Shown one piece after another: positions 48,804 through 59,670 of a DNA stretch of 64,000 nt. Both the position numbers and the translations under genes were made by a program. The notes under the pieces are model-generated. The model saw only the letters and a program-made list of their open reading frames with translations. It had not been told where the DNA came from and ran no database searches. Position 1 is the stretch's first letter. Each line of letters begins with the position of its first letter. The stretch comes from Cladosporium halotolerans (Eukaryota), in contig NW_027191468.1 of the NCBI RefSeq assembly GCF_011745625.1, forward strand, positions 1 to 64,000, given 5' to 3'.

Positions 48804-49434
48804 ATGGCAGGAATGAGCAGCAAGCGTCTGCAGAAGGAGCTGGTAAAGGTACACAGAATCCCGCCCACGAGCTATATCCAACAATACAACTGACCACGAG
48901 CCACTAGATCCAAGGTACCCTTCCACCAGGCATCAGCCTCGTCTCTGCGCCCGACCTCAAAGAATGGCAAATGGACATCTCCGTCCTCGACAACCCTCTC
49001 TACCCGCCCGCCGACAAGTACCGCCTGCGCTTCACCTTCTCCCCGTCCTACCCGATTGAAGCGCCCGAAGTCGTCTTCCTCGCAGCGCCCGACCGAAACA
49101 TCCCCATGCACCCGCACATCTACAGCAACGGGATCATATGCTTGGACCTCTTGGATTCGCAAGGATGGAGTCCGGTGCATAATGTGGAGAGCGTGTGTAT
49201 CAGTATCCAGAGCATGTTGGCGAGCAACACGAAGGCGGAGCGTGAGTACACTGTCTGAAGAGCGTCNNNNNNNNNNGCGCTCGGCGCTGGCAGCCAGAGC
49301 GCGTGGATCGCGGGCGCGTATTTCCTATGGCTGACTTTGCTGGAACAGGACCGCCAGGCGATAAGGAGTTCGTGCGCTCGAACCGTCAGAGGCCGAGGGA
49401 CATCAACTTCCTCTACCATGACCCGACTGTGTAG
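48804..49434 (+). CDS. UBE2W: ubiquitin-conjugating enzyme E2, UBE2W type
   Basis: Introns 48849-48907 and 49242-49348. KRLQKEL, YPIEAPEVVF, HPHIYSNGIICLDLL (HPH in place of HPN is typical of UBE2W), C-terminus FLYHDPTV*. Confidence 0.88.
49267..49276. other. assembly gap (10 N) inside UBE2W intron 2
   Basis: Run of n seen directly. Confidence 0.99.
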
Positions 49435-49874
49435 CGAGTGGCTTTGGAAGGGCGCGGGCCATGCGCCCCAAGGCAGCTTTGGATTTGCGGGCGATACGTA
49501 CATTTGAGGAGATGGCCACACATGTCTTTCTGGGAAGCGATGGCGTTAGGTTGTCATTTGGTTACGTGGACGTGAGAATCAACCGGCGGGTCGAGTCAAG
49601 GTCGGCACCTGGGGCCGATTCCGAGAGGTTGAAGTCTACCTTACATAGAGCAGCCACGCACACACACATGGCACATGGTTGATGCAATTACAACGAATGG
49701 CTCTGGTATCCTGTAATTGTGTTTTGTTTGGCTTCTACTGCCTCCAGTCGAGGCGGTATTGTCATATGCATTTCTGCGGGCCAGCCTCAGCGGCTCGGTC
49801 TACTCTTTCGTATCGTCGTCCTCGTCTATAGTCCTTTCATGCAAACTACGAGGTTGTATCTCACAGGCGGCTCA

Positions 49875-50776
49875 TCACCTGTTCATCTTGCCAATGACTT
49901 CCCTCTGTGCGGCTCTCTCCTGCTCAGCCTCGCTGAGAGGCCTGATGCTCCGCAGATCTCCCACGACATCCTTTGCCTTGCCAAAGTACACCTCCTGCAG
50001 CAAGTTGCGCATGCGAGTCTCCATATCCTCAACCATGCGTCCAATGTTCGCCACATGGCTCTGCTCAACCTCCGCCTCCCTCAGCCCATGAATCGCCAGG
50101 TTCTGCTCCTGCTGCCTCGTCAAATTGCCCGCCAGCTCCAACCCGCCAACCGCCTCGCTCTTCAGCCCCAGATCCAAAATCACCGTCGACGTAAGCTTGT
50201 AGTGCGCGCTTCTCTTGCTCGCCGCCTCCGTGACCTCCAGCACATGGATCGAGTCCCAGCCGCCCTTGCCAGCCGCAGCGCCGGCGCTCGCGCCTTTCTT
50301 GACCAGCACGACGCCCGCGAAGCCCTCGTCCAGCTGCCAGAGGTACGCGCTGCTGACGCCGCCCTCGTAGTAGAGCTCGCGGTAGACGTCGACGGCGGCG
50401 TTGAGCGCCTCCTCCATACGGCGGATGCGGCCGCGCGGGATCAGATCCGCCACGTCGTCGGGGTCGATCGGCGGGTCGAAGTCGTTGCTCCAGGGCGACC
50501 GGTACGAGTCGCCGTCGCGGTTGTAGTCGCAGCACAGGTAGTCGCGGCCTGTCTTGGGGCAGTGCTTGGCGGTCAGGCCGACGTCGACGGAGGAGAGGAG
50601 TTCTTCTTCGAGGTCGGGCACGAGGGAGATGATGCCGGCGAGGTTCTTTTGGGTTTGCGAGGGAGGAAGGCGGCGGAGGAGGTCGCTGTGGGGGTTGGAC
50701 GGTTAGTTGGAACGTGGTGTTGATGCGGTTGGGTGGGTTTGTTGGCTTACAGGGCGGCGTCGAAAGGGTCGGCCAT
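49875..50776 (-). CDS. CAP2: F-actin capping protein beta subunit
   Basis: MADPFDAAL|DLLRRLPP with intron 50686-50750; CDYNRDGDSYRSPWSN, YYEGGVSSAY, WDSIHV, QEVYFGKAKD. Confidence 0.95.
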
Positions 50777-51148
50777 GGTTGCTGATGTGTCCGATGTGTT
50801 GATGTACTCGAGAATCAGCCGCTCACTGCTTGCAAAGCGGCTCTTAGTTGTCGGCTGGTCTGTTAGAGTGCTTGTGGCATCAACAGCGTAGGTGCATTGA
50901 GGTGCCTGAAGCTCTGGCTCGCTTCGTGGGGCAGCCAGCGAGCAAGCCGCTTGCCGATCATGCCACATCACTTGCCCTCAACCATCACTCTTCAACTTGA
51001 CAAAGGTTCTTAAGGTACTAATGAGGGTTTTTTTCGTAATCGAAGATCTGAGCGACATGGGTATAGAACTATCATAGCAAAACGGCATTCCGGCGCCTAC
51101 GCTAAGCAAGCAAACGTGATGACCAGCAACACAGAATCGTGAGGTTTC

Positions 51149-53971
51149 TCACTCTTGAGGCATCTCCAGCATCTCCTGCAATTGCATGATCTCCTCTTGT
51201 TCAGCAGCCATTACTTCCGCATGCCGCACCATGGCGTCCTTTACTGAAACTCCCAGATCCTGCCTCATCTCCCCGTCCGACACCTTGTTTATCAACAACT
51301 CACGCAATTTATCCGCCATGAGCTGCAGACATTCTCGATTCTGCGCCTTAGCGAAACCATCGTAGACGTCCAGAGCCGGCTGATTCCAGCCCAATATAGA
51401 GTTGGCTAGATCTATTGTCTCCCCTTGAGACATCACGCTGGCAGGAGTGATGATCAACTTTGTGAGCAAGTTGTAAGTGCCCTTGCCATCAGGTATGCAC
51501 TCCAAAGGCAAGCGGGACGATTTCGTGCGTGTGAGTTTCTTTGAAGACCGCCGACGCTTCAATGTCTCAGGGCGGTACTCTCGATCACCATCAGTATCCT
51601 CAAGCACCGGAGGTGCATTGCCGCTGATCTGGCGTAACGGCCTTTCACCTGTCTTGCGCCGCTTGGGAGGTGGAGCCATTTGCTTGTTCATCGAGCCAAC
51701 ACGGGCCTCAAGAGCTGCCAGCTCACTCGCAGGCACAAAGCCACGGCCGGATAGGGCACCATAGTTGTTGGTCGCATTTTCGTTCTGATCCTTGAAGATG
51801 CTTTCGATCATCTCGGCTCGACCAGGACGCCGAGGCTGACATTCGCTCCCACCTTTATTTGGAGAACTTCGGGCCTCACCAGTCAGATCGATGGATGCAA
51901 CAAAATCTCGGATGTCGCGATTTCGTCTGGGTGGAGTCAATGGCTTCGTAATTGCCTCCATCTCACCTTGCTGGACAAGTCCTTGAGATGAAGCCTCATT
52001 GTTGCGGCGTCTCGGTCTTTGTTGGCCACGCTCTTCGATCCCTTCGAGATGATCAAACCAGACCTTCTCCTTCTGGGGCCTATCCACGACTGGCGATATG
52101 AATGGCCTGTTGATATTTCGATGGCCGTCTTTGTGGGCACCTCCTCTCATCTTTGCCATGGGAATGGCACTCAGAGGAGTCCCCAGCTGAAGCTTCTCGG
52201 AAGTATTGGGTCCGTGGCCACGGCTGGGCTCAGGCTGTCGTTGAGATGGGCTTGGCGTGACCATCAGATCATTCGCTAGCATCTCGTGCATCAGGTGTGA
52301 TGATGGAGAGGAAGTGTAAACGGCCCGACCGTCATTCACCAGACCAATATCAGGTTCATAGTCGGGAAGATGAAAGCGTCTCTCAGGGCTTGTCGGAGAT
52401 GACGCACGCGGCGTCGGCAGTGTCAGTAGATCATCGACTGATACATTCGTCTCAGCCAAATTTTGTCGAGGTAGCGTTCGCTTTTCCGGGGACGAAAGAG
52501 CTGTTTGCGTGCCTTCGAGGGGTCTGTTCAGTGCATTCATCTTTGCCATAATCCAGGGATTACAGACGCTGACATCGTTTCGAGCGTCCCTAAGCTCTTC
52601 GAGATCAGCTGCTGTGCGTCCAGTGTGAGGACGAACGTCCAATTTTTCAATATCTTCCTCATCGCAACCATACATGTTCGATCTGAAAGTTCTTCGCGAT
52701 AGTGACACAGGTTCAAAGCCACTTGTGTGGGCATTTTGCAGCTCAATCTCAGGTTCTTCGATCCCTACTTCCTGCCTGCGAACTTGTTCAGTTGCGGGAT
52801 GTATCTGTTGTTGTTCGAGAGATGTGACGAAATCGTCACGATCGTCAACGGGTAGTGAGCCGGTCTCGTCTGGAACTGGTACGCTTGATTCTCGAGGCGC
52901 TGTCTGTGTCGCCGGAGGCTCATCATCGATAAGATACACGGCAGCAAAAAGTTTCCTAGCGGCGGCTAAAACGTGCTCTGGTTCCTCAAACAGCACATCA
53001 TCCTTCGCAGGTTCGATGTTGGGATCGTAGGAGCGTTCTGGACAAGAGATCTCGAGAAATATGAAAGGGTCTTTGATACCCTCAAACCGCGGATTCGCTT
53101 TCCTCAAAGCTTCTCGGTACATTTTGACGATCTGCTTTGGCGTTCCCCGTTGAGAAGTGACGGGCCGGCGATCGACGGATACAAAAGGGACGATATTGTT
53201 GATCTTATCGAGTACAGCATCGGGCTTTGGCAGGAATGCTTGCAACGAAAAGCCACTCTCGTCGATTACGGACCATGTGCACTGAGAAGCGCAAGCGGCT
53301 CCGACAGTCTTGAACGCCACATCTTCTGCATTGCCTCCAGCTTTCGGCGCATACATCCAGTTGCCTTTGTCGTTCTTGGCTTTCAGAATCCTCAATGACA
53401 GTCTTACGTAGGGCCGTGCAAATGCAAATGCTTGCAACATGTGTTTGATGCGCTTCAAGCATAGATCAGTTTGCTTCAGTGCGACTTGCCTCCTTACGGG
53501 ATTCGATTTGATGAAGTTTGCAATCTTTACTGTAGTGCCCACGGGATTTGATGCTCGATCCTGGCGGGTTACTTCACCCTGCTGGCTAATCTCGAGAGCA
53601 GTCGCAACTTGTTCGCCTTCGACGCGGGTAGTGATTGTCATACTGCCACTCATTTCTGCAGCACTGGCGAGAGCTTCCCCACGGAAACCCAGGGATGAGC
53701 CACCAATGTTCACGAGGTCTTGTTCGTTCGTGAGTTTGCTGGTGCAGTAACGTCTCGCGACCAATGGTCGATCTGGCAGAGGAATGCCGTGTCCATTGTC
53801 ACGGACCTGGATCACATCAAGTGTGTTTGCGTGAATCTCGATGGCAATGGAAGTTGCCCGTGCATCCAAAGCATTGTCGATGAGTTCTTTGACCACTGCC
53901 GCTGGATCAGTCAAGACTTGCGACGCGCCAATGGCGCGAACAGTGGATTGCGGCAGTGCCTGGATGGTCAT
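51149..53971 (-). CDS. MLH2: MutL-family mismatch repair protein, Mlh2/human PMS1 type
   Basis: MTIQALP..SQVLTDPAAVVKELIDNALDARAT, DNGHGI, GFRGEALAS, GTTV, DPNIEPAKDDV. No DQHA(X)2E endonuclease motif in the C-terminus. The subfamily call is an inference. Confidence 0.8.
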   Translation of the reverse strand: MTIQALPQSTVRAIGASQVLTDPAAVVKELIDNALDARATSIAIEIHANTLDVIQVRDNGHGIPLPDRPLVARRYCTSKLTNEQDLVNIGGSSLGFRGEALASAAEMSGSMTITTRVEGEQVATALEISQQGEVTRQDRASNPVGTTVKIANFIKSNPVRRQVALKQTDLCLKRIKHMLQAFAFARPYVRLSLRILKAKNDKGNWMYAPKAGGNAEDVAFKTVGAACASQCTWSVIDESGFSLQAFLPKPDAVLDKINNIVPFVSVDRRPVTSQRGTPKQIVKMYREALRKANPRFEGIKDPFIFLEISCPERSYDPNIEPAKDDVLFEEPEHVLAAARKLFAAVYLIDDEPPATQTAPRESSVPVPDETGSLPVDDRDDFVTSLEQQQIHPATEQVRRQEVGIEEPEIELQNAHTSGFEPVSLSRRTFRSNMYGCDEEDIEKLDVRPHTGRTAADLEELRDARNDVSVCNPWIMAKMNALNRPLEGTQTALSSPEKRTLPRQNLAETNVSVDDLLTLPTPRASSPTSPERRFHLPDYEPDIGLVNDGRAVYTSSPSSHLMHEMLANDLMVTPSPSQRQPEPSRGHGPNTSEKLQLGTPLSAIPMAKMRGGAHKDGHRNINRPFISPVVDRPQKEKVWFDHLEGIEERGQQRPRRRNNEASSQGLVQQGEMEAITKPLTPPRRNRDIRDFVASIDLTGEARSSPNKGGSECQPRRPGRAEMIESIFKDQNENATNNYGALSGRGFVPASELAALEARVGSMNKQMAPPPKRRKTGERPLRQISGNAPPVLEDTDGDREYRPETLKRRRSSKKLTRTKSSRLPLECIPDGKGTYNLLTKLIITPASVMSQGETIDLANSILGWNQPALDVYDGFAKAQNRECLQLMADKLRELLINKVSDGEMRQDLGVSVKDAMVRHAEVMAAEQEEIMQLQEMLEMPQE

Positions 53972-54347
53972 GTTGGTGGCATCGTCTACTGTAGAATTAC
54001 GCTGTGAGGGAATCAATGCATCGCTAGAAGTGCGTCTGGACAGAAGATGCAATGCAAGTTCGGTGCAGAATGCGGATGAGATGAGGTTGAAATATGCTCG
54101 CCACCCAAATGGAAAGCGCGTCAAAAGCGACGCGCTCTGTGCTGCAAGATTCACGAATTCACGTGCAGTCAGAAGCCGAAGCTCACTGGAGCTCAACCAT
54201 GACGTCGTCTTGAGTGTCCGCAGCTGCATCATCTATAGCACGACATGTCCACTTGATATCGCGAGCACTTCTCTTCCACATTAGAATAATCTGCTGGTGC
54301 ACTCTTTCTCAACTTGAACCTGTGAAAACTGATCGCATCTTGCAAGT

Positions 54348-55130
54348 ATGGCACTAAACCCTCGATTCGCGGGCCAGAAGTTCGCCGCAGCTACTAGTCC
54401 CAAGACACTGCACACACTCGAACTCTGTAAGATGATATATAGATACATGCTTAAGGAGATAAAATGCTGATTCCCATGTCAGACCTTGACTATGTCTGCC
54501 CAGTAAGGCGACCGATGATATGTCTCACTTAACGCATTACTCACATCGGATCAGTTCTCCAAGAAGATGTTCACGACGGTCTACGACTCCGTGATTCCAT
54601 TAATCAAGTCCAAGTACGCAGACAAGGTTCAGCTTATTCTCCGAAACCAAATCCAGCCATGGCACCCATCTTCTACGCTCGCACACGAAGCCGGTGTTGC
54701 CGTGCTCCAGACCCAGCCCGACAAATTCTGGGAATTCAGCAAGGCCCTCTTTGACAAGCAGGAGGAATACTTCGACGTTAATGTCGTCAACGAGACTCGC
54801 AACCAGACTTACTCCAGGCTGTCGAAGCTTGCCGGTGATGTCGGCCTTGATGAGAAGAAGATCTATGGTCTGCTTGAGATTTCTGACAAGCCGGGCCCTG
54901 ACGGCAGTCTCAACTCTGGAAACCAGGTCACCAACGACCTCAAGCTGCTGGTCAAGGCCAACCGATTAACTGGCGTCCACGTGACTCCGACCGTTCTCTT
55001 CAACGTAGGTGGCAGTAATCTCAATAGGTGATCAGTCCTAACAATCTCGCAGGGTATTATTGAGGGTGGCATTTCCAGCGGCTTCTCCAAGGATGACTGG
55101 CAGCAGTGGCTGGACAAGAACGTTACGTGA
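54348..55130 (+). CDS. thioredoxin/DsbA-fold protein with CxxS motif (resembles the yeast Pxp2/YJR111C family)
   Basis: Exons 54348-54426, 54483-54502, 54555-55004, 55053-55130. HTLELYLDYVCPFSKK, QIQPWHPSS, NSGNQVTNDLK, GVHVTPTVLFNG. Confidence 0.88.
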
Positions 55131-55568
55131 CTCGATAACGAGGTTGCTTTCAAGTCTAATCTGTGACTGGGGATAAGGACACAAATGCTTTGTAGCGAAT
55201 AATGAATGACAGATCAATAAATCCAACGATCTTATACCAACGTTTACCATCTCTTGTAGCCGAGCCGTAGTATACGGTGACACATTCTCCTCGGTGGCTT
55301 CGCTTTACCTGAATACCACAATGCAGTCTTGCTATAATTGACTCTGACTCCGTGCAGGCCAGCGACACCAGCGCTACATGTGAATAAAATGTACTGGGAA
55401 TAGGCCAGAGGTGAATCTATATCCGTACTTCATTTATAGTAGCCAAAAGCTTGCCAAGTGTCGGCAGCAACGTACACAGATGACCCCCAAATGCACATAT
55501 TCATTCCGAACACCAAAAATCGCAAAAGAAAGGTCTGTTCATCTCTGAACTCGTACTTTGATAGGAAT

Positions 55569-55696
55569 AGCCGAAGGTGGGGCTCGAACCCACGACCTTG
55601 AGGTTGATCTCTTGAATCGACACCAGTCACCACCCAGAGGTTGCGATGTACCATCGTCCTAAGAGCCACACGCTCTACCGATTGAGCTACCCCGGC
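55569..55696 (-). tRNA. tRNA-Lys(CTT) with 55-nt intron (55605-55659)
   Basis: GCCGGGGTAGCTCAATCGGTAGAGCG-TGTGG-CTCTTA-[intron]-A-CCTCA-AGGTC-GTGGGTTCGAGCCCCAC-CTTCGGCT. A and B boxes intact; intron at the canonical 37/38 position and contains AAGAG complementary to the anticodon loop. Confidence 0.92.
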
Positions 55697-57407
55697 AAGG
55701 GTAATGATTGATGAAGGGAGAACTGGTCTACGTGTTCAAGAATCGCATGCTCATTCAGACAGTGTTTTTTTCGATTTTTTCAGACCAAAATTGGCTGAGA
55801 ATTGATTTCGGGAATCCCGTTCACTTACAAAGCCGCGTGCCTTCCATTTTCGCTTGCAAAGCGGAGGCTTGGCGCGGTCATGGTCAACATGTAACTCCCC
55901 CACGCGGCCATTCGGTGATCGTCGCATGTACTGATAGCAACGGTTTTCACTAGATCGGTTGGTCTGAATATCAAATAATCGAACTGCGCATCTCGACGCA
56001 TCGCATCTCTCTGGTTTTCCAAATCATGGACCTGCCATAATCTTAGATAATGGCTCAACTCTCGCGGGAAATTCGCATCACGATGTCCAGCCGTGGAGTT
56101 GTTCAGTCGATGCGTAGGTTTGAGTCCGCCTGTCGATCACGAATCCTAGCAACGGAGAGCACTCCCGCGCGCCAGCAACCCTATCAACCCCAGTGCGTTC
56201 GACAGGAACGGCGCACATTCTCTCCCAATCATAATTTAGGGCGCCCAGCTTCCTTATCTGTGACCCAGAAACCTCCCCACTCACGCGGCTCCTGGGCCGA
56301 CAATAATTATGGGGGATCTTTCTCGCTTGGAGGATCCACCCACATATTCGGAACCGAGGATGTGGAAGCAGACGAATGAAACCTCAAGATGACGGTGTCT
56401 CGCGGGCGCATGGACAGTTGCTGTATTTGTCCGCTCCTCCGGGACGGCTACTGCAGGAACTGTCGGTCCTTTCTCACCCGCTAACCAGGCTACTGGACGC
56501 CCGAATACTCGCATAATGCCTGGCATAACATTGGACTTGCTGAACGGACTTCGTCGGGCGGGTGGAAGTGCTTCTCCCGCTGGCCAACGCATCCCTGATG
56601 ACTCGTAAGCGTGCAGCGATGAGATCCAACTGCAACCAGCCTGCCGCTATCTTGCGAAGAGAGCGTTAAATCAGCTCGATGAGTGTGCGCGAACCTGTCT
56701 CACGAGCAGCGACAAAACGTCTTCCACGTTCTCTTCGCTTCGTTATCTACGACAGCATCATAACAGAGTGAATTAATTCTCCTACCGTTCCTGCAGGCAA
56801 CGTCTGTCACAGGCGCCTCCACCGAGCGCTGCTTCATCACAAGCATGGCAAGCTCCGCCAAGGGTCGATCGTCATGTCTTCCGTCTAGTGCCAGCACTTC
56901 TTATCTCTCCAGCCCTCAACTCCAGTTCAAGCAAGTACCGACGTCTTCCAAGCATCTAGCCTTGCTCCACGTCCACCTCCGCGCCACGATCGCAATTGAT
57001 CGACGGATCCCGGCACCGATCACTTTCTCGTTGTAGCTACTCCATAGAGCATTAGGTGCAATTGCCTTACGCTACCGATTAGCGCTCTTGCTTCTTTGGT
57101 CTAACGACAGTGAACCTTATGCGGAAGCGCGCGATCCGAGCAATACGATAACGAGCCATGGCATAACGAACGTCACCTATGCATCCAGAATGGCTCTTGG
57201 CCAGACCTATGAGTAACGCTTTGGACCTCCGGCGAACCCAACCCTGTGAATCGTCCTCGGGTACGAAAACGAGATGCATCATCTCCCAATGAGAGCCTTA
57301 TCTTTGTTCGAAGCGAGGTGTTGCGATCGACAAGATTGGGAAGGGCTTCATGTTATGGATCGCATGGGAAGATGATCAAGACAACGAGCCCAAGGGCATC
57401 CAGAAGG

Positions 57408-57415
57408 TATAAATA
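57408..57415 (+). promoter_or_regulatory. TATA box of the hydrophobin gene
   Basis: TATAAATA about 120 nt upstream of ATG 57535, followed by a CA-rich leader. Confidence 0.7.
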
Positions 57416-57534
57416 ACCCTTTCTCATCCACCCTTCCAGCTCATCATCCAACACATCAATCACCTCATCAATCACACCTTTCCATCCAACAATCACCTCA
57501 TCTTCAAAACAACTTCCAACCACCAACCGCAACA

Positions 57535-57924
57535 ATGCAGTTCACCGTCCTCGCCATTGCTGCCTTCACGGCCTTCACCTCCGCCGCTGCCATCGACAAG
57601 CGCGCTCCCAGCGACGTCTGCCCTTCCATCGACACCCCTCAGTGCTGCCAGCTCGACGTTGACGGCGTTGTTGACGCCACCTGCGCTTCCCGTTCGTTCT
57701 TTTCTTCCCCTCCTTCTCCACTGAGCGACCCCAACTGACTATATCTCCACAGCCGGCGACGTCTCCACCCTCGACGAGTTCAACGCTGCTTGCGCCGAGA
57801 CTGGCACCACCGCCATGTGCTGCACCATCCCCCTCGTAAGTCAACACTGGTAAACACCCTCTTTTCGAACACATGCTAAACACTCCCGCAGGCCGGCCTT
57901 GGTCTTCTCTGCGCTGCTCCTTAA
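57535..57924 (+). CDS. class II hydrophobin
   Basis: Exons 57535-57691, 57753-57835, 57892-57924. Signal peptide plus KR site; 8 Cys spaced C-7-CC-11-C-15-C-8-CC-10-C. Confidence 0.93.
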
Positions 57925-59603
57925 ATCATTGGAGTATTCCAACGACACCTTTTTCAGAATGAGCACACTGGCGATGAATACTGCAGTGTGAGGATTGGAC
58001 GATGACGATCGATCGTATACTTAATTTCGTACTTCTCTTGTAAATGAATATGTCCTGCAGGCAACATAACTTTCCTCCGTTCAACTTGCAACGAAAGCCC
58101 TCTTGCGTTTACCAGCCCGACTCCTGATACAAATGATCCTCGCCAGGATTGGCATCCTTCACAGCAGAGTCATCCAATAGCTATCTTCGCCTTCACTTTG
58201 GGGAAGTTGGATTTTGCTTTGTGGCGCCTGCGAAGGCGAAGTCAAGCGGAACGCCAGGATCCGTCGACAGCTGAGCGACAATCTTCGCTTCGTCTTCGCC
58301 TGTATCGGCAGAGCCGCTCGGGTATACCTGCAGGACCCCCAGGTACATTCGAAGGCGCAGTGTCGATCTAGGACTCTTCGTCTATCGTATTAGTGATGCT
58401 TACAGATGGAGAGGAAACGGTTTCCTGGTTATCGCCGTGTCCCTGTGTCGTCCGTGGGCTTTGGGTATGAGTGCAGCTACAGTACAAGGCCAGCCGTATT
58501 GTTTGATCATCGGCTCTTGAGCTATTTTCCATCCGTGTTACAGGTCTAAAAGTACCCTTGCTCATGATCAGTAATTGATTTTGATGAAGAGCGTCCTCTT
58601 GTCGATGGAACGTCATGCGGCTTTGTTGGTATCAATCGATGCAATGGACAAATACGTCCTGGTTGTTGACATGTCATTTTTGATCGTACCAACGACTTTG
58701 CTTCAGCGCCCAAAACTCTTTGAAAAACAATATTCAATTCCCTTGGGCCTCAGTGCGATTTCGAAACGCAGATAAATTGCATTCAGACCTATGTGATCGG
58801 GCAGCTGAACGGCATGTGGTTACCAGGGTTAGGGTTGGGGTAGCTTCAGCCACAGCCATCGTTTTGAACTAGGCGATCATCATTATGCTGTTCGCATCGC
58901 AACAGTCATCAAGATGGTCACCTGAGACGGACATCCTCGGAGTGGTGATCTCATGCTAGGATCTAGCCCGTCTGCCCGTGTATATTTGTCCTGGTGTAAG
59001 TCCTTCTCGAAGCCCTGACAGGGTTCGTACAAGATGGACTCACGTTGTCTGCCGCTAGCTTGCCGTTCACCCGACGGCAGGTTGAGTCGAGATTCTCAAC
59101 TCCAATCCCGAGAGCTATAGAATCGTGCATGATTTCCCGGCTAGTGACCCGATGCTGAGAATACGAGCTTTGTGCTGAAGGTCTCGTATTCCAAGTGAGT
59201 GTTGGTTTGCCACGAATAGCTCACTTCGGCCAGGACCTCGATAGAGATCATCGCGGCTTTGACGTCGACGCTACTTGCTATGTGACGAGTCATTTTGAGG
59301 CCATTTTGAGGCCATTTTGCGAGAAGCCAATGGGCCCACGGTCACTACCGGGGCTCCAAGTCTCAAAGGAAACGAAGAGATGGTAATCAATGATACTCGC
59401 GTACTCATGGAGATTGCTCATACGACTGAGTTCTCCTGACTGTTGATGCCTTGCAAGTACCCTTTGCATACCGTGCCAACATGTGCCGCATAGCCATATG
59501 AGTCGCCGCACCGTCGCAAGCATCATTCCTAAAAGTGAAGAAGCCCCCCGGAACGATGGCTTCTCCAGCGTCGTGACCAAGGTGAGAAAGCCGGATCCTT
59601 GTG

Positions 59604-59670
59604 TCGTAAGGATGACTCTGATCGTACCTGTGACAAGGGCGGACAGGTACGGTCGGAGTCATCCCTACGA
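59604..59670 (+). repeat. near-perfect 28-bp inverted repeat with 11-nt loop
   Basis: TCGTAAGGATGACTCTGATCGTACCTGT / ACAGGTACGGTCGGAGTCATCCCTACGA: 25 Watson-Crick pairs, 2 G-U pairs and 1 mismatch. Confidence 0.85.

Noticed and set aside
58825..58836. AGGGTTAGGGTT as a minus-strand telomerase RNA template
   Set aside because: A full-length RNA would run antisense through the hydrophobin gene, and no supporting pseudoknot was seen.
59154..59200. GCTGAGA as the start of a TPP riboswitch
   Set aside because: The downstream TPP core (TGATC..GATAATAC..GCG) is absent and there is no thiamine-related gene nearby.
59291..59319. Short tandem repeat CCATTTTGAGG (about 2.6 copies)
   Set aside because: Simple slippage duplication; no spacers or other structure.
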